Origin: Camelus ferus | Taxonomy: Eukaryota | Assembly (NCBI RefSeq): GCF_009834535.1 | Contig: NC_045696.1 | Location: forward strand, 72,480,001-72,544,000 | Direction of reading: 5' to 3' | Length of the DNA: 64,000 bases | Shown: in pieces, positions 24,021-36,327 of the stretch | How positions within the stretch are numbered: the first letter of the stretch is position 1 | Layout: every line of letters starts with the position of its first letter | The notes under the pieces: generated by a model | Database searches by the model: none | The model's input: only the letters and a program-made list of their open reading frames with translations | Told to the model about the DNA's origin: nothing | Position numbers and translations under genes: made by a program

Positions 24021-24929
24021 TACTCTCCAGGGCATTTGTCTCTAGGGCTGGCCCTCTTGAACACTACCTACTGATAATGCCTCTACATCCTCATCTCATA
24101 CCATCCTGCAAAAAGCTGATGACATGCTGGATAACTCTCATGCCACCTCACCACTGGGCTCTACAGTATCTGGATGGGCATGTAGGTGTGCTTATTTATA
24201 TAAAGAACCCAATCTTAAATGTTTCAGAATATTAAAAGGCGAAACTTAGAGGATGTTGGAAAACATTCTTTTAGGGGTTAGTGTATTGGGTCACCTTTCA
24301 GATCGTAGGATCAACCTTAGATGGGAGCACAGCAGCCTCTTTCCCCTTGGTGTCTCTGCTGTCCGTCTCCCCTTTCTCCCTGCTCTCTCCCCAGAATCCT
24401 GGTTACAGGAATCCTGGCCCTGCTCCTTGTGTCAGGCTAAGCCGGTGAGAGCTCTCTGCCCTGGAGTATTCATACTGGAGGGTGGAAGTGAGCTATTAAA
24501 TTTATCAGAGTGGAGCACACACCAGAGATGCAAACATCTCTCTTGCTAACATTGAGCCATTTTCCTAGCATAACTTCAATGCATCTTAATGTATTCTGAA
24601 AGCAAAATTTATTTTAAAGTTAACAAAGTTCAAAAGATAATTTATTTTAATACTGGAAATGATTTTTGATGCAATAATTTATCTGTCACTTGTATTTCCA
24701 AGAGACTTACTTTTAGGCCATCTTTTAAAAATATACAGTTGTTGCTTGTTTTTATGACTATGAGTACATGGAAGTGTTGGTGATACATCTGCAAAAGCTT
24801 TTCTGTGCATATCATAAGCGTTGATTTAGACCTCTCTCTACTCCTCCTCCACCTATAGGTTTAGTCACCTCGAAATAGCCTTCTCTATTTGAGTTACCAC
24901 ATAATTAACCTTTTCTGCCCTTCTCTAAA

Positions 24930-25136
24930 GCCTATACACTTAGCTACAGTGTATTATGCTTTCTGTTAGAGTATTAACTCTTGGACTTTAGGAAGCATAC
25001 TTCTAACCTTTTCTATCTCCCTTGCCCACACATATGCACTTTCAGAAGGCAGGGAGAATGTTTTATTCATTTCGGTGACACTTGTGCCTAACGGTACCTT
25101 GTACATAGTAATATATTCAATAAGAACATGTTGAAC
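24930..25136 (+). mobile_element. L2 3' fragment
   Basis: GAAGGCAGGGAGAATGTTTTATTCAT..GTGCCTAAC..ACATAGTA..TCAATAAGAACATGTTGAA. Confidence 0.6.
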
Positions 25137-26039
25137 TGGCCTTAACAGAAATAATTCTTAATATCTGTTTTTTCCCTTCTTTTCATCCTTCCATCTTTCC
25201 TTCCTTTCATCATACACTAAACACTTACTGAATTCATCTTATGAGCCAGACACCATGCTAGTCAAGCACCAAGTTACAAATTTTTTCTTGCTTGACTTTA
25301 AGAAGCCCACAGGGAGCAAAGCTGTGCAGTTGAAAAGGTAGGTACTGTTCCTACCTGTTAGGTTTTCAAAGTAATTTGGGAAGATTAGATCATGGTAGTA
25401 TCCTAAGCATACACCTTTCTTGGGGCCAAAAATGTCAAAAAATGACAGAAACATTTGAGAGTGAAAAATCAGTAACTGTGCTGCGAATCAAGAAAGAGTG
25501 CTAAAAAAAAAAAAGAGAGAGAGTGCTAATAGCAGGCGAGAAATCTTGAGAAATTTCTAAATATGAAAACAAACCAACAAACAAAAACATCAAATCAGTT
25601 ACATAAGATCAGATCATAGGAGAAGTAGCTGGCAGAAAATATGTCGCAAAACATGCACAAAAGAAAGGAACAATTCTGGGGAAAGCCAAGCTCAGAGTCA
25701 GTGGTTAAGGGGAAGGGAAGGCCCCCCAGGCACACATCAGGGTGTATAATTAGCAGCCGCTGCTGTTGCTGCAGAGTAGCTGCCCCCCACCTGTGCAGAT
25801 CAAGCAAGCGGCAGTTGAGGTGGCCCACAGGCTAAAGTGAGCCGGGCTTTAGAGCCAGAAGGGCAGGGTATTGCCCCAAGCAGTTACTCCTCTTTCCCCA
25901 GGAAGGCTAGGGTGTCTCCACACCCACTAAACAGGATACCAGTAGGCCCCATCTTCCCCCGTAATCACTGAGACTGGGTTAGAGTAAACACAGCAAGCAG
26001 GTGTACAGGGATTTTCAAAGATCAGTCCACATTCTTGGA

Positions 26040-28620
26040 GCAATAGAACAAACAGAAGAAGAATTTAAAATAAGTACAATTAATATCAGAGAATTCCAAG
26101 AGATTATTGCATCGATAAAAATAAACAACTAGAGATTTTAGAGATTAAATATTTGTCACAAAAGACTTAACATCCTCAATATATGGAGAGTTAATATGAA
26201 TCAGTAAAACCCCAAAATACAATAGGAAAATGGGCAAGAATAAGAGGATATAAATGGTTCTTAAATATTTGACTATATACTCAGCTCCACTCATGGTAAG
26301 AAAAATGCAAACTAAAAGTACAATTAGATAACATTTTTGCCTATAAGATTAGTAAAGTTTGAATGCTTCGCTAACACATTGATTTGGTGAAGGTGTGAGA
26401 AAATAAATTCCCATGAGATTCTGGTGAGAGTAAGATCAACACAATCTGTATGAAGAGCAGTTAGGACAGTTAGGCAATACATATCAAGTTGTAATATGCC
26501 CTTGACTCAACAATTGCGCTTCTAGAAGTTAGCTTATAGGTATGCATGTACACGAATGAAATTTTGATTGTGTGTATATAAAGATATCAACTGCAGAATC
26601 TTTTGCATTACCACAGTATTGGAAACAATCAAAATGTCTACCAGAAGGAAACTGGTTAAATGAATTATAGCAGTCCATAAAAGGGAAAACCGTGCTTTTA
26701 AAAGAGAGTATAATTCTACATTTGGGAATTTATCCTACTTTTTGCATATAAGTAATGAACTTGTACAGAACGACTTGCAAAGTGAATGAAATAATATATT
26801 TAAAAGGCTATTGAAGCATTTCTTGTGACTGCAAAGAGTTAGGATTAAGCCAAAAGTTCATTAATAACAGATTGATTAAATAAAGTATAGTGCATGCAAA
26901 TGATGAAGTACCATCCCATTGTAAAAATGAATGTAGATACTCTATGGGTAAGATATTTAAAGTTCTCTTCAGATAAATTGTTATGTGAAAGAGCAAGTAT
27001 ATATTATGCTACCTTTTGTGAGTGAGGAGGAAAATATATACATTTGTATTGCACTTACACAGAAAACCTCTAGAACATTGCAAGAAAATAGTGATTCCTT
27101 GGTTTGGTGCTGGAGACTGGGCTAAAAGAGTAAGAGCTAGAGTTTTCACTGTATGTCTTAATTTTTAAAAATTAAATAATAGTAATATATTGCTTCTTTA
27201 ACATATTATCTCTAAAGTTTTTAAAAAGAAAATCAATAGAAATTAGTCAAAAAATGAAAGGGCTCCATATGTATTTATATTAAAAGATACTTACATGCTA
27301 AGTAAAACAAACGCAAGCTAAGCAAGCTAAATAAAACACAAAAGCAGAATAGTGTATGGAGTATGATATGGTTGTGTTTAAAAAACAAACAAACAATTCC
27401 AAGGCTGCGTATGCACAAACTATTTCTGGGAGGATACACAATAAATTAGGTCCAGCAATTATCTCTGGGGAAGTGAACTGAAAAGCTAGGGGACAGGGAT
27501 GGAAGAAAGATTTATATTTGATGATATCCATTTTTGTACTTTCTGATTTGTTTTTCTATGTGTGTATATTACCAATTCAAAACGTAAAAGTTTTTCAAAA
27601 TTGATATTGCAATCAAAAACTCAATAGATGAGGTGAATAGCATTATGAAAGTATATTAAGGATCTTATTTCTAATTGAATCTTGTCACTGATATAATATA
27701 CATCTTTAATATATGTATTGGAAATACATGGGTGAAAACTGGAAAAATTGAAATAGAATGCATAGCCTTCAAATCATATGGGAAAATCAATAGAATAATT
27801 CTTTCTGTTCCCAAACTTGTATGGTAATTCTACTTCACCCTTAATCAATAGAATAAAAGGAGAATATGAAGAAAAATATAATCAGTGACAAAATAAACAG
27901 AAAATTGAAGTTATGATGGCAAGGAGAAATCCTAATGTATCAGTAAGCACAATAAGTATATTTCTACTACTAGAAGACTTTCAGCTGGGTTGAAAAATGT
28001 CAACTGTATTTTTTTCTGTAAGAGATGTCCAAAATAAATTACTTAGGCAAATTTAAAATCAAGGACAAGAAATACATACCAGATTAATGCTAACTAAAAA
28101 AAGTTTAAGTGTTATTAAATTAACATAAGGCAAAATAGAGTCCAGGAAAAAAGCATCAAAAGGGACAAATAAGGGTATTTCGTATGGAGAAAAAGAAAAA
28201 TATGCAATAATATACAACAGTCATAAGCATTATGTATCTAACAATATAGCTTTAAAGTATATGAATCAAAAACAGTTAAAAGTACAAAGAAAAAATGATC
28301 AACTTGCAATCACAGTGGGAGACAACTCCCTTGAAAATAACAGAATAAGTAGACAAAAACAGGAAAGGATCTAGAGTTGTAAGTAATATTATTAACATGA
28401 TTAATATTTAACTCTACATTCAAAAAATAATGAATACACTGTCTTGTCAAACACATATAGCACAGAAAATTAGCAATGTTGTTATTAGTCTGTAAAGAAG
28501 ATTTCAACTAATTGCAGAAAGGAGACCATATTCTCTGAGCACAAAGAAGTAAAATGAGAAATGAAGAAAAAAAGGAAAAAGGCAACAATCCACATAGAAC
28601 ATACAAACTATTCTTCAAAG
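26040..28620 (+). mobile_element. Composite of old L1M fragments: ORF1/endonuclease-region pieces with nested 3'-end fragments (~26155-27600)
   Basis: 27930-28560 reads as a degenerate endonuclease domain (CAAAAGGGACAAATAAGGGTATTTC..TATGTATCTAACAATATAGC..CAGTGGGAGACAAC..TTCTCTGAGCACAA); 26155-27560 has ORF2-end/3' UTR motifs (AAAATGCAAACTAAAAGTACAA, GGAAACAATCAAAATGTC). Confidence 0.75.
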
Positions 28621-30124
28621 TCAAGTAAAAGGAAATAGCAAAAAATCTGACATTTCACTGGCATTGCAGGGTTGACTTCACTGGTCTGGTACACTGTGAA
28701 GTCAAGGGGGTTGAAAGCTTATCGGAGACAGTTGTGGTTTCAAGGTGTACTGTTAAATTTCTATCTTCCTGTGGCTGTACACATTTACTCCAATAAAGCT
28801 AAGTTGTGGGAAATATCAGAGAATAGGGCACTGAGAACTTGTTTACATCTAGAGCAGTTGCAGCCAAACACATGTTGTAATAATGAAAATGGTTTAAAGA
28901 ATGGTTACAGGAATATAAATGTCTACATTTACATTTGGAAGAATGAAAAATTAAAGTATTAGCCTTATTCTTTCATGTGTGCCTCCCCAAAGGTAAGAAG
29001 AAGCACATACCCATCTTAGGAGATAATTTGAATGAAAGAAGAGTCTCTAGGTAGATAATAGCAACTATGATATCTTTCCTCAGTAAATGACACTGCCACG
29101 TAACTGGAGTATTCTGCAGAAATGCTGGAATAGGGATTCAGTAAAACAGTTCAACATTGCTGAATAAGAAAGTACAGATGAATGACAGATCTGGACTTTG
29201 TAGCAAAATGTTCACCACGTGTGGCTAGCACATCTTTTGGCATCTTAGATCTGGAGGAATTCTTGTAGGTAATTATTTAGCATCATCACCATCATCACCA
29301 GTTTTACAATAATATTATCAGAATTTGGGTTTTCTCTTTCCCAGACAGTATTTCTTCTACATTTCCCATTACTGCTTAATATTTCCTACAATTTTTAAAA
29401 AATTCTAAACCATAACAGTTTAATGAATAAAAGATCCATTAATTAAAATACTTTGAGAGGTTTTATTGCTTAGTGGTATATACCTTTAAAAGTAAATTAG
29501 AAAATAAAATGTCACTGCCTCTCAATGTGTACTTTGTAAACCCTGGAAATCAGGAAGAAATTATATAACTGGCACCTTTCCCAAATTCAGCCAGTCAGGG
29601 CCAATTAAGGGGATTCACCAGTGTTAATTTTTCAAACAGTAAAGAACCTCATGTGAAAATGCATATGGTAAGCAAGAGCAAAGAAAGAGGATTTTTGCTC
29701 AGTCTAATACTGCCCCAGGGCTGGGATGTGACACTTGTGATTTCCCTTACTTATCTGATTACAAAGAATGATAAAGAAGACAAGAACATCTTTTAACTGC
29801 AGGGGAAATTTCAGCTCTTCAAGGAAGGAGCTAGTAACATAACAGTTGTGACTGGACACATGCGAAGTTTGTTGTTTTTGTTTTTTTTTCTTTCACTCCC
29901 TTCTCCCCAAGGCAATCCTGCCACATCAGAGATGCACATAGAAGAAGGTGAATTTCAACCTTCCAAATATTTCAGTCTTGCAATGATATTAATTATAAGA
30001 ACTTATCCTCTGTGATTTTATCATCTACTGTTTTCCTATTAGACATAATGGAGATTCATATAAACATGAGTGGCCTAATGTTAAGTTAGTGACCCTTGCT
30101 GGAGAAGATGTCCACTGCATCTAA

Positions 30125-30570
30125 TTTTTTCATTACTTCTTTGATCTCATCCTCTCCCACTCTGCTATCTGCTTACTTTGCTCCAGCCACATAGGCCTCC
30201 CTGGTGTATCTCTGTTCCTTTGTACTTGTGGTATTGAACACTGTTTCCCTAGGTACCCATATGGCTCTCTTCCTCAATACTTTCTCCTTTCAACTTGGAT
30301 CTCATCAGCCAGGTTCGCTCTTACACCCTTTATATAGTAACATTCTTAATTCTTCTTATAACCTCTGCCCCCTCGCAAACTCTATCCTATGTAACCTATT
30401 AACTTTTTAAAATAGTATTATTACCAAAACATACTTATTTGTTTTTGCTTAATATCTGTCTCCCTTCACTAGAATGAAGCTTCATTGGGCCATGGATTTT
30501 GCTTTGTTCTTGCAGTTTTGTTCAGTAAATATTTGCTGAATGAATGATTAAATGATTGAGCAAATGAATT
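30125..30570 (+). mobile_element. L2 3' region
   Basis: TTGCTCCAGCCACATAGGCCTCC..TGTCTCCCTTCACTAGAATGAAGCTTCAT..CAGTAAATATTTGCTGAATGAATGA. Confidence 0.8.
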
Positions 30571-30686
30571 AGTTCACATAGAGAAGACTTCAAAATTACT
30601 TCCTTCTTTACTCCAGACTGAGGTAGAACTCACTAACACAATTGTAGGACAGAATACAGATACTTTCGTGTTCAACATCTCTTTCT

Positions 30687-31640
30687 TTATTTTAAATATA
30701 TTTTTATTGAAGTATAGTCAGTTTACAATGTTGTATCAATTTCTGGTGTACAGCACAATACTTCAGCCATATAGGAACATGTATATATTCCTTTTCATAT
30801 TCTTTTTCACCTTAAGTTCCTACATGATATTGAATATAATTCCCTGTGCTATATAGCATAAACTTGTTGTTTATCTATTTTATATGTGCTAGTTAGTATC
30901 TGTAAATCTTGAACTCCCAGTTTATCCCCTCCCACTCCCTTTCCCCCTAGTAACCATAAGTTTGTTTTCTATGTCTGTGAGTCTGTTTCTGTTTTGTAAA
31001 TAAGTTCATTTGTCTTTTTTTTTTTTTTAAGATTCCACATATGAACGATACCATGTGGTATTTTTCTTTCTCTTTCTGTCTTACTTCACATAGAATGACA
31101 TTCTCCAGGTCCATCCATGTTGCTGCAAATGGCATTATTTTATTTTTTATGGCTGAGTAATATTCCGTTGTATAAAGATAACACACCTTCTTTATCCAGT
31201 CACCTGTCAACAGACATTTTGGTTGTTTCCATGTCTTGACTATTGTAAATAGTGCAGCTATGAACATTGGGGTGCATGTATCTTTTTGAATTAAGGTTCC
31301 CTCTGGATATATGCCAAGGAGTGGGATTGCTGGATCATATGGTATGTCTATTTTTAGTCTTTTGAGGAATCTCCGTACTGTTTTCCATAACAGCTGCACC
31401 AAACTACATTCCCACCAGCAGTGTAGGAGGGTTCCCTTTTCTCCATAGCCTCTCCAGCATTTATCATTTGTGTACTTTTGAATGATGGCCATTTTTACTG
31501 GTGTGAGGTGATACCTCATTGTAGTTTTGATCTACATTTCTCTGATAATTAGTGATATTGAGCATTTTTTCATGTGCCTGCTGGCCATTTGTATGTCTTC
31601 ATTGGAGAACTGCTTGTTTAGGTCTGCCCATTTTTGGCAG
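30687..31640 (-). mobile_element. 5'-truncated L1 LINE, same family as 21824-23313
   Basis: 3' UTR and ORF2 end align closely by eye with the 21.8-22.8 kb copy; TSD TCTCTTTCT at 30678-30686 and 31643-31651. Confidence 0.97.
30947..31519 (-). pseudogene. L1 ORF2 C-terminal fragment (CCHC cysteine-rich domain)
   Basis: [81 protein letters not shown], a hallmark L1 ORF2 C-terminus. Confidence 0.95.
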
Positions 31641-33614
31641 AGTCTCTTTCTATTATTTGTTTTTACATCCATCTTTTCTATTATATTATAAAGTCTTTGG
31701 GAATTGGTGATCCTGGCGTATTTATTTCTATATCTTTTCCTTTCATTTTTTCAGCACTGGGTAGCACATAGTGGGTTCTCGTACTTTCGTTAAACAGAAC
31801 AAATGGACACAATCCAGCGTAGTTTTTGTAGTTGTCTGACCTAATCAGTAAGTTGTCACAGGACTGTGATATTAAATTTGATATGGTTATGCTATATATA
31901 CCATACATATTTTTGAGGATTAAAAAAAAAATCCAGTTGAGTACTTCAGTGTGTTCCTCTTCTTGCTCATAGAGACATCTAAGTAACACTTCATTTCCCA
32001 GCTCCTGCTCCTCAGCCTCAAGCTTTGTAAAGATAGAGCTTCCAAGTCTTCTGCAGAAGAAAAGCTGCTGAATTATGTCAGCATTGAAAAGTTGGTGGGA
32101 TCTGTGTTTAGCTTTCTTTAAAAAGCAAATCTGAGAGGCAACATTTCTTTGATGAGCCATTATGAGCCACTCTTTCACAAGTGAGATTCTCTGAAGAAGT
32201 GTTTAACTGTTAGCCTCATTTTTGGAAACGTGTGCACACTAGCTCTTTCATAGAATCAGAATGATTTTCATGGATGAAAGATTTGCTTGAAAATCATTCT
32301 TTCATTAATTGTGAAGTATCTATTTTGTCACAGTAAAATTCTAGGAACTTACCATAGAAATTAATAGGTACATTTAATAAAACAAAATGCATTGTGCTTC
32401 TTATGTAAAGATGATGCTTTGGATCTTGCATCAGTGTCTTTGGCACTTTGAGCTATTTTCTCAACAATGCTATTGGAGACACATGTGAAAGATGACTGCC
32501 TGGGGTTGGGGTATAGGCTCTGGTTTGCCTAAAGAGTAGATATGTGTTTGAATGTAATTGCTAAAAGCTGGATGTATGCCTGGAAAGAAGGAAAACTGCT
32601 TCTTGTTAGTGTGGAATGGACTAGAAATCAGCATGTCTGGGTTTCCTCCCAACTCTTGCCACTTTCTAGTTATGCCTGTCATTTATTCTTTCCAAATTTC
32701 ATCTCTACAGAAAAAGTGTTATAAAAATTCCAAGATCCTAAGCAGTTAAGCACCTTAGTGTTTTTAGGTTTCTGACTCCCCAACCCAACTTTATCATGTT
32801 CATAAATCTCCAACTTTCAATATGCTCTACCTGGAAGATTAAATGATATTTTTGTATTGATGAAAGGAATTACCTTACGAGTATGCGTAGGGTGTCCCAT
32901 AATTTATGTCAGTTTACTGAAAGAGATTATGTATTTGACTTGTTTGCTTTTACTCTAAAGAATGGCTGGGTAATAACCTATTAGATCATGCAGCAAAGAG
33001 CGACTGTAACAGGATCCTCTTCCTGTCGACAGAAGGTCAGCGTGGCTGTTCTCGCTGTGCTGACTGACATGTCTGTCCTGAGTAATAATTAGGTATCTTT
33101 ATACCTTTGCTTGCTTCATCAGAAACATCCACTATTGACTGAGGCAGCAGAAGTGGAGGCCACACCTGAAGGATGGGGACATGCTTCCAGTGGCATTATC
33201 TAGAGTATCAACAATTTTGCCATCTGTTCCTCATCATTTGCAACCATTCCCATCTATGTTTTTGTTTGTTTGCTTTTAAAGGGGAATGAGCAACTCAAGG
33301 ACCACATTATTTTTTCAGAGTCTTGGATTTCTATTTTCTTTCTGTCAAGTGAACTTAGACTTGAGCCTGGAGGTCATCTTAGACTGCCTTTGTACAGAGT
33401 CTTTGAGTGAATTCAGTTTTTCAGAAAGGCATAGTGTAGTTTGGGGTCTACTTTATGCCTTAGGTCAGTTGGTCCAATTTACCTCCCTGCCCCAAAATGT
33501 CAATATCCATAGTTATTTTTGTAAACTTACCCCTATAGTAGTGCACAGTAAATCTCTAAGGTGGCAATAAGGACCTTTAATAATCTTTTAAACATGCCAG
33601 GAACGTGATATCTA

Positions 33615-33980
33615 ACTGTACTCAGTCACTCAGGACAGAAACCTGGCTATCATCTTTGACACCTTCCCCTCCTTTACTCCCCACAACCGAATAATCTCCA
33701 AGTCCTGTTGACTAGGCTTCCTACACATGCATTGAAGTGATTCTCATCATCTCTGTGTCATTTATTATTGTCATTGTTTGGGTCTTAATCCCTACTTTCA
33801 TAGTATCAGTACCCTTTAAGTTAATCTTCCAAAGCAAATTAAAAACTAAACTTTATAGAGTGCAAAACTGTTTCTGTCATTGTATCATTTAAACTCCCTA
33901 CATAGATTATGATCACCATCAGAGAATAGTTCTGGCACATAATAGGTGCTCAGTACACACTCATTAAATGAATTAAGTGA
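33615..33980 (+). mobile_element. L2 fragment
   Basis: CAGAAACCTGGCTATCATCTTTGACACCTTCC..CCAAGTCCTGTTGA..CTGGCACATAATAGGTGCTCAGTA..AAATGAAT. Confidence 0.7.
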
Positions 33981-34803
33981 CCATCCAGGATTCTTACCAT
34001 GACCAATGAAACTGCATTCCACTGATGGTATACAAGGAGGTTTTTAGGTAGTTTACCAACAAATGTATTTACTTTAGTGGTTATATATTTATTTTTTATG
34101 AGTTGCTTTCTGTTATTGGCAAGAATTTCTGATTTTTCATTTATAGACATGATATAAAATGTATTTATGACATAAACATAAACATGGCTTGTAATAGCAA
34201 GTTCACCTAAAGAAAGAACCCTATATAAAGGACACTATAGGCAAAATGGGGCTAAGACCAATATTAAGAGGCTAGCACAACAATCATGGCCCGTCCCATT
34301 GAGTTGTAATTATTTGCTTACATGTTTGTCTCCCTTACTAGACCATGAGTTCCTGTAGACCAGTGATGGCCCTTCAAAATGTGGCCGTGTGGGAAAAGTA
34401 AACTACTTTTTGAATGAATGAAGTCAAGCAAATCCAATTTGGACAGTGCTAGGACAAGGGCCTGGGTTAATGGTAATTGCTTGGGTAATACTTATACGAA
34501 ATGCTAATGCCAATAAAGACAGCATCTTCAATATCCAACCTTTGAAATATTTTAGTGACTGTTTAGACATATTTTTTTTGGAAACTGATTCAAAACAAGT
34601 TTTTTAAACAGTATTTACAAAATACCAAATCAAATGGTTTCAATAAAAAGTGAACAATTCAAATATTTGAATGGTTAGCTTTCACTCTACATACCAAACA
34701 CCCAAATCATAGAAACCATTTGGAAGACAGAAACTTTAGCTTTTATCATAGCCTTTCTCTTTTAATCTCTTTTTGTGATAAGCATGCGTGGTTGGTTCTT
34801 TTT

Positions 34804-34928
34804 TTTTTTTGAGGGGGGAGGGAGGTGATTAGATGTGTTTGTTTGTTTTTTATTTTAAGAGCGGTACTGGGGATTAAACTCGGGCATGCTAAGCATGTGC
34901 TCTACCACTTTCAGCTATACCCTCCCTC
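34804..34928 (-). mobile_element. tRNA-derived SINE (camelid-type)
   Basis: Minus strand GGGAGGGTATAGCTGAAAAGTGGTAGAGCACATGCTTAGCATG..TTTAATCCCCAGTACC..CTAATCACCTCCC..poly-A; TSD TGGTTGGTTCTTTTT (34789-34803) / TGGCTGATTCTTTTT (34929-34943). Confidence 0.9.
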
Positions 34929-35114
34929 TGGCTGATTCTTTTTAACTAAAAAATTATTCTGTGAAATAATAGCTCTGAGTTCTACAAAATAGATTAAAAA
35001 TGAAAGCGCAAGATGCAGACGAGATGCTTCTTAAAGTGCTTTAATTTATGGATGTATGGCCTTGGATTTCATTTGCTTTCACTGCTGTATTTTTCCCTTC
35101 TCCAAAAACATATA

Positions 35115-35300
35115 GACTTGCAGAGTACGAGAGCTCAAGGGATCCTGATGATAGTCTGACCTTCTCATTTGATCCATAAAAACACTGGTGCTGAGAGAGG
35201 CTGACACATCCTGGTCTTAAGGCCCGATTAAGGCAGAGTCAAGACTAGAAGCTAAATCTCCTGGAGTCTAGGCCTCAGTGCATCACTCCAGGGAATGCTG
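35115..35300 (-). mobile_element. MIR-family fragment
   Basis: CTTCTCATTTG..AAACACTGGTGCTGAGAGAGG..GGCAGAGTCAAGACTAGAA..TCTCCTG. Confidence 0.55.
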
Positions 35301-35528
35301 CCACTCTTTCCTTTAGCATTCCTTCTTCTGTCCCTTCTGCCCCTTCTAGCCCTAAACTGACCTCCTCCCTTAAGTAGATAGTCTTTGTTTGCCTTATTAA
35401 ATGAACTGAATGAAGTCAGGGATATGTAGAGCTCTGAACATTTTTTCCCTTAATGGTCCATTTCTGTAAACAAGTAACATCTCAGAATTTCTTCAGCAGA
35501 TCACCACGTTATAATGATGGCATGCCAC

Positions 35529-36327
35529 TGTACAACTCTTCTAGTGCAGAATTTACCAAAAAGTAGGTCTTTCTGGCAACTTTACCCATAGGGGTTGAAT
35601 CAACAAATCAAAAATGAGAGACAGATCTTTACTGTCAAAAGGGGATCTTAATGGGCAACTCCATCAAATTGTAGATAGTGTAGGAGGATGTCAGACCTGG
35701 ATATCTCTGCTGGGCTGAGGGTGATCAGTCCTTTCCCTGGTTCCGAGCATCTCCAGCATGACAAACCTGATGATCCTAAAAATCCTGTCAGGTAGCTTAT
35801 TTCCTGATGACCACCATGGGCGTGGATTCCCTGTTGCTTGTGTGTGGAGTGACAAAAGAGCTAAGAGCCAAGAGTTCAGGTGTAAGCCAGACAGGCTCGG
35901 GATGGGAGGGGACCTGGGCAAGCACTTCTACCAGCCGTTTTGAGGCTAGGAGTGCATTGGACCCAGATCGTACCCTCCTCCCCCTCGCCCCCCGGCAACC
36001 CTGGCATTTTTGAATTATCAACCAATCAAGCAAAAAGGGCTAGGGTCGGGGGGTCATGGGGATAGGGGAGGGGGTGGTGGTTAGTTTCAAATGGTGAACT
36101 TTAAAACATTAGGGGGCATTTAGCGCCTAGAAGGTGTGGGGCGACTGTCCATTTGCTCATCTACCTGGCCTGTGGTTACTGTGGCTATTGTGGTTGGCCA
36201 GGTGTTGCTTTTTGCAAGCAAGCAGCTGCTATTTTTGCTGGCCTGTTCCTACAGTGAAGCCTTACTGTTGGTTTGCTTTGCAATTCTAGTTCCATTTCAG
36301 AGCCAGTTAGCCTGCTTAAGCCTTACA
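35529..36327 (-). mobile_element. Unclassified LTR-like element (~800 bp)
   Basis: GC-richer block with TG...CA ends on the minus strand (TGTAAGGC...GTTGTACA) and a poly(A)-signal variant AGTAAA near its 3' end; no TSD found, so the boundaries are tentative. Confidence 0.55.

Noticed and set aside
32001..32095. + strand exon-like segment (TTTCCCAG|LLLLSLKLCKDRASKSSAEEKLLNYVSIEKL|GTGGGA)
   Set aside because: Weak donor, no recognisable protein and no compatible neighbouring exon found.
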